A stretch of DNA of 62,198 nt, counting the filler, from an uncultured Methanoregulaceae archaeon (GTDB lineage Archaea; Halobacteriota; Methanomicrobia; Methanomicrobiales; Methanospirillaceae), in NCBI GenBank assembly GCA_964530035.1. It is 2 parts of 2 records of this genome, joined end to end, with 100 filler letters (N's around TTAATTAATTAA, not from the genome) between each part and the next. Parts side by side here need not be neighbours in the genome. Positions count along the whole stretch, not along the records: positions 31,504 to 62,198 come from CAZGXZ010000005.1; 1 more part is not named here. One strand, 5' to 3'. A program made the translations under genes and the position numbers. The notes under the pieces were generated by a model, which worked only from the letters and a program-made list of their open reading frames with translations, was not told the DNA's origin and did not search any database. This document shows positions 38,508 through 49,078 of the stretch, in pieces; position 1 is the stretch's first letter, and every line of letters begins with the position of its first letter.

Positions 38508-38956
38508 CCAGGGTTCCCCCCCGGGAGGTACAGATAAGAAAAAGGCGCCTCCCGGCTTTCTGAATGATTCCTGACCGCCTTTTCCCGTCCCCGCTGGGCG
38601 TTCTATACCTGAACTCGGAACCCTGGCAGATAAATATATCGGGAATCCTCCCTTCCCCGCGAAAATTCCGGGCATGATACGTGTGCTGGATTACCCGGTC
38701 GGCCCTGACGGCGTCGAAGCTCCAGTCAGAGAACGGCAGTGCCACCTTATTACACCGGATATTGTCAGGGACCGGGGCGTTGGCGCCGGTATCCCGTCCC
38801 TCAGGGGTCCAGGAGCGGAAAGGACTCTTCCCGCTTTCGAATGATCATCAGTGGGTGCAGCTACCGCCTCCAGGCGGGTTTCTCATCTTTCCCAAGTATA
38901 CTACGAGGGGGTCGTACGCGATCCCGTCCCAATTGATAAAAGAAGTATCCAGCCCG

Positions 38957-39724
38957 TCACTTCCTCATATACTTCAGCGCTCCCTCCTTCGGGCAGACCT
39001 CCGTGCAGCGGCCGCACAGGTAACACTCGGCCTTTGCGTCCTGCCGTTTCGCCTCGTCCGTCGGGCACACCTTCTCGCACTTTTTGCACTCGATGCAGGC
39101 GTCGGTCCTCCTGAGTCTCAGGACGCCAGGAATGGCTCCGAGGGATAAAAGTAGCCCGTACGGACAGACAAGACGGCAGAACGGGCGGTAGAAGGCGAGC
39201 GATAGTGCGAGGACGACCACGAAGACAAGCGACCCTGCGGTGACGAGGAGGCGGAAGAAGTCATGGATACCGAACCATTCAAGCAACGACGCGGACCAGG
39301 CGAAGGCCATGACCAGGAGGACAAGGAACATGACCCCCCTGATTGCCTGGAAGAGAATTTTTTTCCTGGGCATGACTTTTGGGACCGGCACCAGGTATGC
39401 GAGCTCCTGGACGGCACCGACAGGGCAGAGATATCCGCAGAAAAACCTCCCAAAGACGAACGTAAGCAGAAAAACGGTCAGGAGCCCTATGATACCGACT
39501 ATGAGCGGTGCCCCGAGTCCCAGTTCGTCCCGCAGTACCAGCTGCTGGAACTGGTAGGGTGCGACCGGCGAGAAGATCAGGAACCCTAGGAGGGCCGAGA
39601 TGATGAGCAGGATTATCCCGAATTTTTGTTTCCACTTTCCCGAATACCAGAGATATCCGAGGATGAATATCATCACGAGTGCATAGAAAAATCCGATTCC
39701 CTTGAAAGCAGCGCTGGCGGGCAT
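38957..39724 (-). CDS. Membrane 4Fe-4S-binding protein (NapH/NosR-like polyferredoxin)
   Basis: GRFFCGYLCPVGAVQE, RPFCRLVCPYG, CIECKKCEKVCP, CYLCGRCTEVCP and multiple TM helices. Confidence 0.92.
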   Translation of the reverse strand: MPASAAFKGIGFFYALVMIFILGYLWYSGKWKQKFGIILLIISALLGFLIFSPVAPYQFQQLVLRDELGLGAPLIVGIIGLLTVFLLTFVFGRFFCGYLCPVGAVQELAYLVPVPKVMPRKKILFQAIRGVMFLVLLVMAFAWSASLLEWFGIHDFFRLLVTAGSLVFVVVLALSLAFYRPFCRLVCPYGLLLSLGAIPGVLRLRRTDACIECKKCEKVCPTDEAKRQDAKAECYLCGRCTEVCPKEGALKYMRK

Positions 39725-39909
39725 GATCGTTCCTTCCTTTGTCCTCTCCAAAGCCCGGGACATCCCCCCGGCCCTGTCTGGCGGCAGGTCCGGTGGACCG
39801 GCGGGGTCATAGTATCAGGGTCTCCTACTGGTCATATATAAACACGGCCTTCGGTCGTTGACAGTACAACCTTTTAAAAGGGATTTCAGCAGGACCGGGA
39901 GGAGGGGGA

Positions 39910-42900
39910 TCAGGCACCGGGTCCACGAACCCGGTACGCTCCCTTGGGCACCAGCATCTCGAACCTGGCCCCTTTCCCCGCCTCACCGGTCTCCGTGACG
40001 GTGATCCCGGTGATGCCAAGGATATCGCGGACCAGGAACAACCCGAGGCCGGTGTTTTTCCCGAACCCGCGTTTGAAAATGTCCGGCCGGTCTGCTTCGC
40101 TGATACCTGCCCCGTCGTCCTGGTAGACGAGGACAAGCCCTTCTCCGGTCTCCCGCGATGAAACCGTGATGGATGTCATCTGCGTACCGCCGTACCTGAG
40201 GGAATTGTCGATTAAGTTGTAGAAGACCTTTGAGAGGAGCGGGTCGGCAAAGACCTCAAGACCGCCGGTCCCGTCATTGACCCGGACGTCCTGTACCGGA
40301 AGGGAAGTGACGGCCTCGTCGATACAGGCCGGTATGCTCTGCCATGCGGGCGCCTTGATCCCCATATCCTCATAGTCCTTCGTAAACGTGATCTGGCGGT
40401 CGATGACCCTGGCAATCTGCTGTGCCCTCGCGAGGTATCCGCTGCATTGTGCCTGGTCAGCCGAGGGGTCAGAGGCCAGATGGAGAAAACCCGTGAGGGC
40501 CGTCAGCTGGTTCCGGATGTCATGGCGGGTTATCGACGATAATAAGACGAGCTTTTTGTTGGCCATCCTGAGCCCCTCCTCTGCCAGGTGCAGGTCGGTA
40601 ATATCGTGTACGAGGCCCTCCACCCCGAGCACGTTCCCGTGTGCATCATAGTAGTAGTGGCTGCTTGCCAGGGCGAAATGGATCGAACCGTCCGCGGATT
40701 TCAGCGTTATCGGGTACCTGGTCACCGACCCGGTCTTTTTCAGGGCTTCCAGAAAATCCCTGCGGTCCTCAGGGTCCAGGTAATTTTCAGATACAGCCTG
40801 CCCGATCAGGTCTTCAGGGGATTTGCGGCCTACCAGCCGGGCCCCGGCCGGGCTGACCATAATGAACTTCCCCTCAAGGTCGGTCCGGTAGAGCATGTCC
40901 TGTGAATTCTCGATGATGGACCGGTACTTCTCTTCGCTCTCGCGGAGCGCCTCCCCGACAATACTTGCCTGGACCACCAGGGACGCGGTCGTCGCAAGGT
41001 CATCGAAATATTTTATCATTTCAGGCGATATTGGCTGCCGGCTGAAGAAAGCCAGGACCCCGATGGGCTTTCCTTCGGGAGAGGTCAGCCTGAGCCCTGC
41101 GAATGAAACAAGCCTGATCGAAGCAGCCCACGCAGGGTCATGGATCCGGGGGTCATGGGGCACATCGTTTATGATGAAACGGGTATCCTCCCCGCTTCCT
41201 ATCCGGCCTATCTTGTACGCTCCGAAAGGCACCCTGCGGTGGGTCCCGTCGGTCTGGGTGTACCGCCCGGAGCTGACCATGAGGTGGAGGCAGGCCGACC
41301 GGTCATTACAGGCATTTTCACCCCCGGTAACCCCGGCATGGATACAGCCGGTCCCACAGAGGTCACCAGGACCGGCAATCCAGACCCGGGCAAAGTCCGC
41401 CCCAAAGATGCTGACACAGGCATCCGTGATCTTTTTGAGTTTTTCCTCCAATGGCGCCGAGATGAGCAGGTCCTGCTTGAGCCTGCTGAAGGCGAGGGTA
41501 TATTGTTCGTCGATATAATGCCGGGTAATGTCACGGGCTGCTGAAAAGATCAGTTCACCTCCCGGGTGGGACCGCCATTCGATCCAGCGGTACGTACCAT
41601 CCTTGTGCCGGAACCGGTTGGTGAAGCCGGGTACCTCTTTCTGGGAACTGAGATCTGCCATCGCTGCACGGGTTGCCGGGAGGTCATCAGGGTGCACGAA
41701 ATCAAGGATCTGCTTTCCTTCCAGCTCGGCTAGCGTATAACCAAGTGTTTTTTCCCATTCGGGGTTCAGACGCAGGAAATACCCCCTCGTATCCGCGATA
41801 CAGAAGAGGTCGATGCTCGTCGTGAAGTACTGGTCCAGCTCTTCAGTCTTCTTTTTGAGAGCTGTTTCTACCTGCACCCGTTCCAGCATCCTGCAGATGC
41901 GTTCAGTAATGGCATGGATAAGGTCCGACTCTTCCTGCAGGAACGGTCCCTGTGTTGGCGTATCGGCATTATCCGTGGAAAAGACCTCAATTTCACCGAA
42001 ATAGTCCTTACCTGCTGCTATTGCACAGGTAATTTTTTTCCTGCTTTCCCGGAAGCCAGATGAACAGAAGGTCCTTTCACCGACCCGGATCCTGACGGAA
42101 GTAGAGTCCGGAATCTGGAAGCCGGAAGGGATGATCTCACAAAACTTCTCAAAACACGTATCAACAGGCAGTTCCGTCTCAATGACCCCTGCGATCTCGT
42201 AGAGGCATTTCAGTTCCTTGACCCGTTCACCAAGGTCATGTGATTTCTGTATGAGGGCTCCCTCAACCTGTTTTCTCCGGGTGATGTCACGGTCGATACC
42301 GCGGTAACCCAGGAACGTGCCGTCCGGAGCTGTCCAGGGGACGCCGCTCGTTTCGAAGGTCACGACTGACCCGTCTTTCCTCAGGGCTTTGTTTTCAAGC
42401 GTTGTAATCGGGAGACGTGCTGCGATGCAGCGGTGAAACTCGGCAGCGACCAACTCTGCCTCGCCAGGTGGCATCAGGTCAAACGGGGTCTTACCGAGGA
42501 CCTCTTCAGGTTCGAATCCAAGGATCCTGCGGACCTGCGGGCTGATATAGGTATAGACGGCGTCCGCGTTCACCTCCCAGATGAAGTCGCTGGTGGTCTC
42601 TACGAGCGCCCGGAACTTCTCTTCGCTCTCGCGGAGGGCTTCTTCGGCCTGCCGGCGCCGGGTGATGTCCCGGGTGACTCCGATGAGCACTTCGCGGTTG
42701 TCCCACCACCCCCGGGTCACCTTGGTCTCGACCTCGATCCTCGTCCCATCCTTTGCAAGCACTGGAACGGGGCAGGAATCGGCGGTCCCGGCAACCATGT
42801 CCTGCACGATCCGGAACGCCTCTTCCCGTCGCTCCGGGACATGCACGAAGAGGACATTGTTCCCGATGATCTCCTCCTCAGGATACCGGAGCTTCTTCAG

Positions 42901-45900
42901 CACGGTGTCATTGACCTGGAGGATGGTACCGTCCATGGTGAGGATGAAGACCATCTCGTCGATGGAGTTGAAAAGCAGTTCGAGGTTTCCGGCTGATTTC
43001 TTCGCTTTCTCTTCGGTTGTGATCCGGTCGATGGTCGTGCCGAGTTCCCGCCCGATAGAGATAAGCGTCTTCTGCTCATGGTCTGTTACGACGGCCCGCC
43101 TTTTACTGACGACGTTCAGGCCCCCGATGATACGATCGCCGGAGACAAGAGGGATGCTTGCGAGCGAACAGAAACCGGTCTCCCTGGCATGTTCCGGGGA
43201 GACCTGGTCGTAATGCTCGGTGATGATCGGAGTGCCCTGTACCAGAAGCGTGTCATACGGTGCCTCCGTGATGGAAACACTCCCGATCTTTGCAAGGAAC
43301 TCCGCGGGAAGGTCCTGTGAGACGACAACGGTCGCCGTTCCCGCAGCATGGTCCGTGATATAGACCCCCCCGGCATCATAGTCCATCAGGGAGAGCGTCC
43401 TCTTCAGGATTTCCTGGAGGAGCGAAGGGAGGTCTTTTGCACGGTTGGCGGTAGTGATAACCTCGTTGAGGATAGCAAGCGTCCTGGACTGCTGCCGGAC
43501 CGCTTCCTCTGCCTGGACCTGCCGGGTGACGTCACGGAATATGACATAGACCGCGGGTTTATTGTCCCACAAAAAGGGGATGGCCACGACATCAGCATCG
43601 ATGGTGCTGCCATCGGTCCTGACCAGCTTTTCGCGGATGACCGGCTGGACCGCCCCACGACCGCCATCCATGCGCCGGGTCACGATATCGTGGAAATCCG
43701 GGTGAACGAACTGGATGACGGGTCTTCCGAGAACAGCCTCCGGGTCACCGCCGGAGATCAGGCCGAGTGCCGTTTTATTGGCAAAGACGATTTTCCCGGC
43801 CTGGTGGACGATAAGGCCGTCGAAGGATTGCTCCACGATCGCCCGGTACTTCTCCTCGCTCTCGCGGAGGGCTTCTTCCACCTTTTTCCAGGCCGTGATG
43901 TCGTGAAGGCTCCCGACAACCCTGACGGGGGCGCCCGCATCGTCACGCACCAGCGTATAACTGCCATGGATCCAGCGGTATTCGCCCTTCTTGTGCCGGA
44001 TACGGAACTCACGCTGGATGATTACCTCCCCTTTGGAGTCCGCTGCGACAAGCTCGGCGGGAAATGGAAGCAGGTCCGGCAGGTCGTCGGGGTGGATTAT
44101 CGCCTTCTGCTCGTCAATCCCCATCGCAAGTATTTCGTCAGGGGTGTACCCGAGGAGCGCCTCAACCTTCGGACTTATATATTCGAACTGTCCTCTCCCC
44201 ATGTCCTGGCCGTAAAAGACATCGGTCGCCTGCTCCACGATGGCCCGGTACCGCTCCTCGCTCTCGTGGAGCGCCTCCTCGATCCGTTTCCGTTCGCTGA
44301 TGTCCCGGATACGGGTGAAGAGATACTCCTTTCCGCCGATCATGATAATCCGGGCGGAGAACAGACTGTGTCCTACCTTCCCGCTCCTGGTCCGGAACCG
44401 GATCTCCCGGTCGATGACATCCCTGCCGGATTGCAAGGACGAAACAATGGACTCACGTTCCTTCTCATCGACCCACAGGTTCAGATCAGTCGTCGTTTTA
44501 CCGATTAACTCGTCCGGCGTATATTCAAATAACTGCGAGAACGCGGGGTTGGCTTCGATGATGGTACCGGTCCCTATCTCTGTGATTGCTATCGGGTCCG
44601 GGTTGATGGTGAAGGCGGCGGAAAACTTCTCCTTCTGCTCCTGCAGTTCGGCTTCCGCCTGTTTTCGCCCAGTGATATCAGCGAGCATATTGAGGGTTGC
44701 GGGTCTTCCCTGCCAGGGGATCCTCGCCGCCGAGATGGTCACCCACCGCATCCTGCCACCCGCCCCGATGACCCGGAAATCGTACGCATCCGGGATATCT
44801 TCCCCGGCAATGCGTTTTTGGTACCTGGCCCTGACCATTTCCCTGTCATCAGGCCAGATGAAATCGATGAATGGTTTCCCGACCAGGTCTTCCGCGGGTG
44901 CCCCGGCCAGCCGGCCCATGCTTTCATTGGCAAAGACGAAGACGCCATCCTGGGCGATAATGACGGCCTCGTGAGTCTTCTCGATCGCGGTACGGTACTT
45001 CTCCTCGCTCTCCTGCAGTACCTGTTCCGCCTTCCTGCGGTCGGTGATATCTTCCGATACACCTTCAATCCAGCCTCTCTCTGGCTTAAGCCGTGCGGAG
45101 TACCGCAGGAGCCGGACTTCTCCGTCATTTCTCCGGAAGGGGGCTTCGAAATTGTGTATCTCCCCCTTCTGTTCCAGGACCGTGATCAGCATCTTCCGGT
45201 CTGCGGGATCAACATACCGTTCCCCGATGTTGAAAGGGGTCTTTAGGAGTTCGTCCCTTCCGTTAAACCCGATGAACCTGGCAACCGCATCGTTTGCGTC
45301 GAGGAGCAGCCCGGTGTGCAGATCGGTCCGGAACAGCCCGATATTGGCATCGAGGAACATGCCCCGATAGGTCTCTTCAGCCTCACGCAGTGATTCTTCG
45401 GCCTGCTTGAGTTCTGTGGTGTCCCGGCCGACCGACTGGTATTCAATGACACGGCCGTCGCCTGAAAAGATGGCCCGGTCATTCCAGCGGTGCCAGCGGA
45501 CCGTCCCGTCCGGCATCAGGACCTGGTGTTCGATGAGGGCTACCGGGTTCTCTGGTGTAAGCGAGGCAAGGTGCGACTTCATCCGCACGGCATCCTCCGG
45601 AGGCATACGGACCGGATGGGGTTTGTCAAGGCAACGTTCGCGCTCAAGGCCGAAGTACCGGCAGTATGCGTCATTCACAAACGTCAGCCGGCCGTCGGGG
45701 GTGAACCGGCAGATGAGCTCGGTCTGGTCCTCGACGACCGCCCGGTACCGCTCCTCGCTCTTTTCAAGGGCTGATACGGCTTTCCGTTCACGGACGGCCA
45801 GCCGGATCTTGTGGGCGAGTTCAGTGAACTGGGCGGTCGGTTCCCCGCCTTTCTGGAGGTAGAAGTCCGCTCCCTCGTTGAGCGCCTGGATGACAATCTC

Positions 45901-46158
45901 TTCGCGGCCCCGGCCGGTGAATATGATGAACGGTATCGTGTTGCCCGATTTCCGTACCTCTTTGAGGAACGTGATCCCATCCATTTCCGGCATCTGGTAA
46001 TCCGAGATAATAGCGTCATACTTACCCTGTTTTATGATTTCAAGGGCATTTTTCGCTGATGTAGTGGTCTCAACCGTGAACTCCCCTTCCCTTTCCAGGT
46101 ATAACGCTCCAATCTCGAGAAGCCCGGGTTCATCATCGACATACACTACCGAAATCAT
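39910..46158 (-). CDS. Giant cytoplasmic hybrid kinase: REC-6xPAS-GAF-2xPAS-GAF-like-PAS-GAF-PAS-HisKA-HATPase
   Basis: Receiver VVYVDDE/ISDYQMPEMDG, ten PAS/PAC units counted by eye, three GAF-like segments, ITRHDIRN H-box, NLIDNS, DDGAGI and GLGL. Confidence 0.95.
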   Translation of the reverse strand: MISVVYVDDEPGLLEIGALYLEREGEFTVETTTSAKNALEIIKQGKYDAIISDYQMPEMDGITFLKEVRKSGNTIPFIIFTGRGREEIVIQALNEGADFYLQKGGEPTAQFTELAHKIRLAVRERKAVSALEKSEERYRAVVEDQTELICRFTPDGRLTFVNDAYCRYFGLERERCLDKPHPVRMPPEDAVRMKSHLASLTPENPVALIEHQVLMPDGTVRWHRWNDRAIFSGDGRVIEYQSVGRDTTELKQAEESLREAEETYRGMFLDANIGLFRTDLHTGLLLDANDAVARFIGFNGRDELLKTPFNIGERYVDPADRKMLITVLEQKGEIHNFEAPFRRNDGEVRLLRYSARLKPERGWIEGVSEDITDRRKAEQVLQESEEKYRTAIEKTHEAVIIAQDGVFVFANESMGRLAGAPAEDLVGKPFIDFIWPDDREMVRARYQKRIAGEDIPDAYDFRVIGAGGRMRWVTISAARIPWQGRPATLNMLADITGRKQAEAELQEQKEKFSAAFTINPDPIAITEIGTGTIIEANPAFSQLFEYTPDELIGKTTTDLNLWVDEKERESIVSSLQSGRDVIDREIRFRTRSGKVGHSLFSARIIMIGGKEYLFTRIRDISERKRIEEALHESEERYRAIVEQATDVFYGQDMGRGQFEYISPKVEALLGYTPDEILAMGIDEQKAIIHPDDLPDLLPFPAELVAADSKGEVIIQREFRIRHKKGEYRWIHGSYTLVRDDAGAPVRVVGSLHDITAWKKVEEALRESEEKYRAIVEQSFDGLIVHQAGKIVFANKTALGLISGGDPEAVLGRPVIQFVHPDFHDIVTRRMDGGRGAVQPVIREKLVRTDGSTIDADVVAIPFLWDNKPAVYVIFRDVTRQVQAEEAVRQQSRTLAILNEVITTANRAKDLPSLLQEILKRTLSLMDYDAGGVYITDHAAGTATVVVSQDLPAEFLAKIGSVSITEAPYDTLLVQGTPIITEHYDQVSPEHARETGFCSLASIPLVSGDRIIGGLNVVSKRRAVVTDHEQKTLISIGRELGTTIDRITTEEKAKKSAGNLELLFNSIDEMVFILTMDGTILQVNDTVLKKLRYPEEEIIGNNVLFVHVPERREEAFRIVQDMVAGTADSCPVPVLAKDGTRIEVETKVTRGWWDNREVLIGVTRDITRRRQAEEALRESEEKFRALVETTSDFIWEVNADAVYTYISPQVRRILGFEPEEVLGKTPFDLMPPGEAELVAAEFHRCIAARLPITTLENKALRKDGSVVTFETSGVPWTAPDGTFLGYRGIDRDITRRKQVEGALIQKSHDLGERVKELKCLYEIAGVIETELPVDTCFEKFCEIIPSGFQIPDSTSVRIRVGERTFCSSGFRESRKKITCAIAAGKDYFGEIEVFSTDNADTPTQGPFLQEESDLIHAITERICRMLERVQVETALKKKTEELDQYFTTSIDLFCIADTRGYFLRLNPEWEKTLGYTLAELEGKQILDFVHPDDLPATRAAMADLSSQKEVPGFTNRFRHKDGTYRWIEWRSHPGGELIFSAARDITRHYIDEQYTLAFSRLKQDLLISAPLEEKLKKITDACVSIFGADFARVWIAGPGDLCGTGCIHAGVTGGENACNDRSACLHLMVSSGRYTQTDGTHRRVPFGAYKIGRIGSGEDTRFIINDVPHDPRIHDPAWAASIRLVSFAGLRLTSPEGKPIGVLAFFSRQPISPEMIKYFDDLATTASLVVQASIVGEALRESEEKYRSIIENSQDMLYRTDLEGKFIMVSPAGARLVGRKSPEDLIGQAVSENYLDPEDRRDFLEALKKTGSVTRYPITLKSADGSIHFALASSHYYYDAHGNVLGVEGLVHDITDLHLAEEGLRMANKKLVLLSSITRHDIRNQLTALTGFLHLASDPSADQAQCSGYLARAQQIARVIDRQITFTKDYEDMGIKAPAWQSIPACIDEAVTSLPVQDVRVNDGTGGLEVFADPLLSKVFYNLIDNSLRYGGTQMTSITVSSRETGEGLVLVYQDDGAGISEADRPDIFKRGFGKNTGLGLFLVRDILGITGITVTETGEAGKGARFEMLVPKGAYRVRGPGA

Positions 46159-47156
46159 GGCCGGCACACAACGATTGTTAAAGAATACTTCCCGGAGAGG
46201 GTCATTAACTCTTTGGATGAGGATTTTTTATGGTATCCATATCATCACCCATGAATCAACGGAAATGGTGATTGAAAGATCGGGAGCACCCCATCAAAAA
46301 TAAATGCTGTTTTACGCACTATTGCCCCGTATCATGAATGAATGGTTCATCGGAAGCGATTCCTCAGAGCACCTGGACTGAAGCATGGCTTCCCGCATCG
46401 TTCCCCTGTGAGGGGTGTCGGGAACAGATTCACCGAAACCGTCTTTTACGGTGGAATACCCGCCTTCGATTTTCCCACTTATCAGATATCCAGTGATTTC
46501 CACCCATTCCGAATGGAAACCGGTCTCATTGAACGCTTTCATAAACCCTGAACGATAGGGTGAGCCTGTGAATCTCCTGACAGCGTGTCCCGTGTTTTCA
46601 ATTATCAGAGCCTCCTTCGTTTTACTACACGGTGAATACCTGCATCTGATACCATATGCGTCGTCACCCGGAACCAGTGAACCGAATGCTGGTGATCACA
46701 ACCGTGTATTGCCTGGTAACTGAGAGGACTGCGGAATTCATCGTCCTGCACGAATCATCGGTACCTTTGATACTAGGATCCGACCCGTCCCGGTGTCGAT
46801 GGTCGGATGGCCCGGGATCCATGCCCTTCTCACCAGTATTGTTCCTGTATCCACTCACCAGGGATGCTCACGGATAAGGCAGTCCTTCCGACAGCTACGA
46901 TTACACTGTTCGAACACTTTCCGTTTTGCACGGTGTTCATTTCCCAGGGTCCAATTACGAGGATTTCCTGGCAGAGGTCCCCCTCTTTTTTGCATAGGAG
47001 AGTGTCGGAGCGTCCCTTACCTTTTCCACATGTCTTTCTCATAACAGCAACTATCCGGCACTGCAGTGAAAAGGGAAACTATATCGTAATGGTGACAAAC
47101 CCATCTTCATGATACAAGGACCCTCCCAGCCTAGTGTGAAATGCTCCGGTTTGAGC

Positions 47157-47603
47157 ATGATTCGTTTTATTTTTTTAACCGGGGTGATTTTTTCAGGCCT
47201 GTGTATCCTGCCCATTTCTGCGGCCGGGAGCTCAACTCCTGACCTGACCATTGTGGGAGTGTCAGGACCATCCTCACTGCAACAGGGAAAGACCGTTTCA
47301 GTATCGGTCCTGGTTGGTAACCTCGGGGATTCTTTTCTGGGTAATTCACTGGTTTCGGTCTACCTTACGAAAGACTCCACCCTGAAAAATGGCGATGATA
47401 TCCTTATCGGCTCGTTTTATAACAAGGACCGTATTCCCAAGACCTCCGGTTCCCAGGTCCTGAAGTTTACCCTGCGAAAAAACGTTCCTAAAAAACCCGG
47501 GAAATACCACTACGGCGCAATAATTGATCCGAACAACCAGATTGCCGAGAAAAAAGAATCGAATAACCAGTACGTGAACGGCGGGACGGTAACTGTCACG
47601 TAA
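47157..47603 (+). CDS. Secreted CARDB-domain protein
   Basis: Signal peptide, TPDLTIV...VGNLG...YLTKD...GAIIDPNNQIAEKKESNN. Confidence 0.85.
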   Translation: MIRFIFLTGVIFSGLCILPISAAGSSTPDLTIVGVSGPSSLQQGKTVSVSVLVGNLGDSFLGNSLVSVYLTKDSTLKNGDDILIGSFYNKDRIPKTSGSQVLKFTLRKNVPKKPGKYHYGAIIDPNNQIAEKKESNNQYVNGGTVTVT

Positions 47604-48000
47604 TTTTTTACCGAGAGAGACTCGTAAAGATCGTTATAGCTGTATCGTGAGAACAAGGGCCGTAAAGAGGTCCATGAGCGAAGCCCGGACGCATAATCCT
47701 GGCCGGGTATCCCTGGCCCGTATTCAGGGATTGTAACCTGGGCCTTTCCAACCTGTCAAAACCCGGGAAAAAATCCACCGGAATCACCGGTACCAATTCC
47801 CCCGGCCCGGTATCGACAGCATAACAACACACCCCTCGAAGCATTGAAGAGAACGAGGTGGAAGGCCCTGGCTTTTTCGTTCTGAAATGCGGAAACAATC
47901 TCCTTTTAATGGAACTGTGGAACAAGCATGGAGAATCCTGTTACCGGGGTTATCCTCAAAAAAGGGTTGTAAATATTCCAAAAAACGAAGAAACTCCGCC

Positions 48001-48774
48001 TCACCCTCTCCGCCTTCGGAGGACACCTGACAGCAGGACGAGGGAGACGGCACAAAGACCCGTCAGCGGGGAAAGCGATGCTTTTGGAGTGGGTGTATCC
48101 GAAGGGACGGCGGACCGGGCGGCGGTCTGGAGGGGGACGGTCGTCGTTTCTGTGACGGGAAGGGCCGTTGTCACCCGGGCCGGAGTGATGACGGGTGAGG
48201 GGGTGAGGGAGGTTGTTGGTGTTGGTGTGGATGTGGGGCCCTTCAGCTGTGAAAGGGCGGTTGCACGCTCTGCCTTTGCTTCGGTGTAATCAGGCCGGAT
48301 GGCGATCGCACGGTCATACGCCTTCACGGCAGACTGGAGGGACCCCGTGCTGGCCGAGATATTCCCGAGGTAATACCATGCCCTCGCCTCGGACGGGGAC
48401 AGGACGATCACCTGTTCAAAGGCATCCTCGGCTTCCTTAAACCTCCCCTGGTAATAGAGGGCATTTCCCTTTCCGTACCATGCCGGGGACGAATACGGGT
48501 CAAGCGCGATGGATTCGTTGAAGGCCATGGATGATTCGTTATACTTACCCTGGGATAGGAGGAGCGCCCCGGCATCTCTCAGGGCCTGCGCCTTTTCCAT
48601 GCGGGAATCCGAGGAGCCGTCCGATGAGTCCGATGACGAGCCGGATGACGAATCAGAAGATGAGTCTGACGAACAGCCGCAGTCCCCGAGGACCGGGCCT
48701 GCCATGAGGGCCATGAGAAGGACGATGCAGATGATTGCAGTGAATCGCCGGATTCCGTTGTTTCGTTTTTGCAT
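48001..48774 (-). CDS. Secreted TPR protein with Ser-rich and Thr-rich linkers and sorting-type C-tail
   Basis: Signal peptide, CGC+SSDS repeats, three to four TPRs (AWYGKGNAL, AWYYLGN, AYDRAIAIRPDY), and tail KASLSPLTGLCAVSLVLLSGVLRRRRG. Confidence 0.88.
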   Translation of the reverse strand: MQKRNNGIRRFTAIICIVLLMALMAGPVLGDCGCSSDSSSDSSSGSSSDSSDGSSDSRMEKAQALRDAGALLLSQGKYNESSMAFNESIALDPYSSPAWYGKGNALYYQGRFKEAEDAFEQVIVLSPSEARAWYYLGNISASTGSLQSAVKAYDRAIAIRPDYTEAKAERATALSQLKGPTSTPTPTTSLTPSPVITPARVTTALPVTETTTVPLQTAARSAVPSDTPTPKASLSPLTGLCAVSLVLLSGVLRRRRG

Positions 48775-49078
48775 ATTGTTCACCAGGGTGTCCTCAGGAG
48801 GCACTCTGAAATGCCCGTGTTGAATGATCTGCATTTCATTTTTATTTGTATTCTTGGGTAGGGGACATGCGAAAATCTGGTGCCCTGAAGAGGTCGGATC
48901 GTCCCCGGTCGCGTCTCCATTGCAGCGATAAGGAAATGAATTTCATCCGAATTTCATCCTCTCTCACCGTTTTGGGCCTTATGTCCCCTGACCAGCCTGC
49001 ACTGAACGGCAGGGGAGAAGTTTTTGCATACCCGTGACCGTGACGAAACGTGGAGAGCGTAAAGGTCATTCCTGCCTA

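Noticed and set aside
37338..38675. Extended N-termini from the ORF track (38675, also 25417, 13523, 49885, 25880, 17788, 53820, 54230)
   Set aside because: They overlap neighbouring genes or precede an obvious signal peptide or domain start, so downstream starts were preferred.
46170..47150. ~1-kb gap with several short ORFs (46312..46542 etc.)
   Set aside because: No recognisable motifs, SD, repeats or stable structure, so a feature cannot be supported.
48605..48675. Short GATGAG/GATGAC-type tandem repeats
   Set aside because: They encode the Ser/Asp linker (SSDSSS) of the TPR protein, i.e. ordinary coding low complexity.
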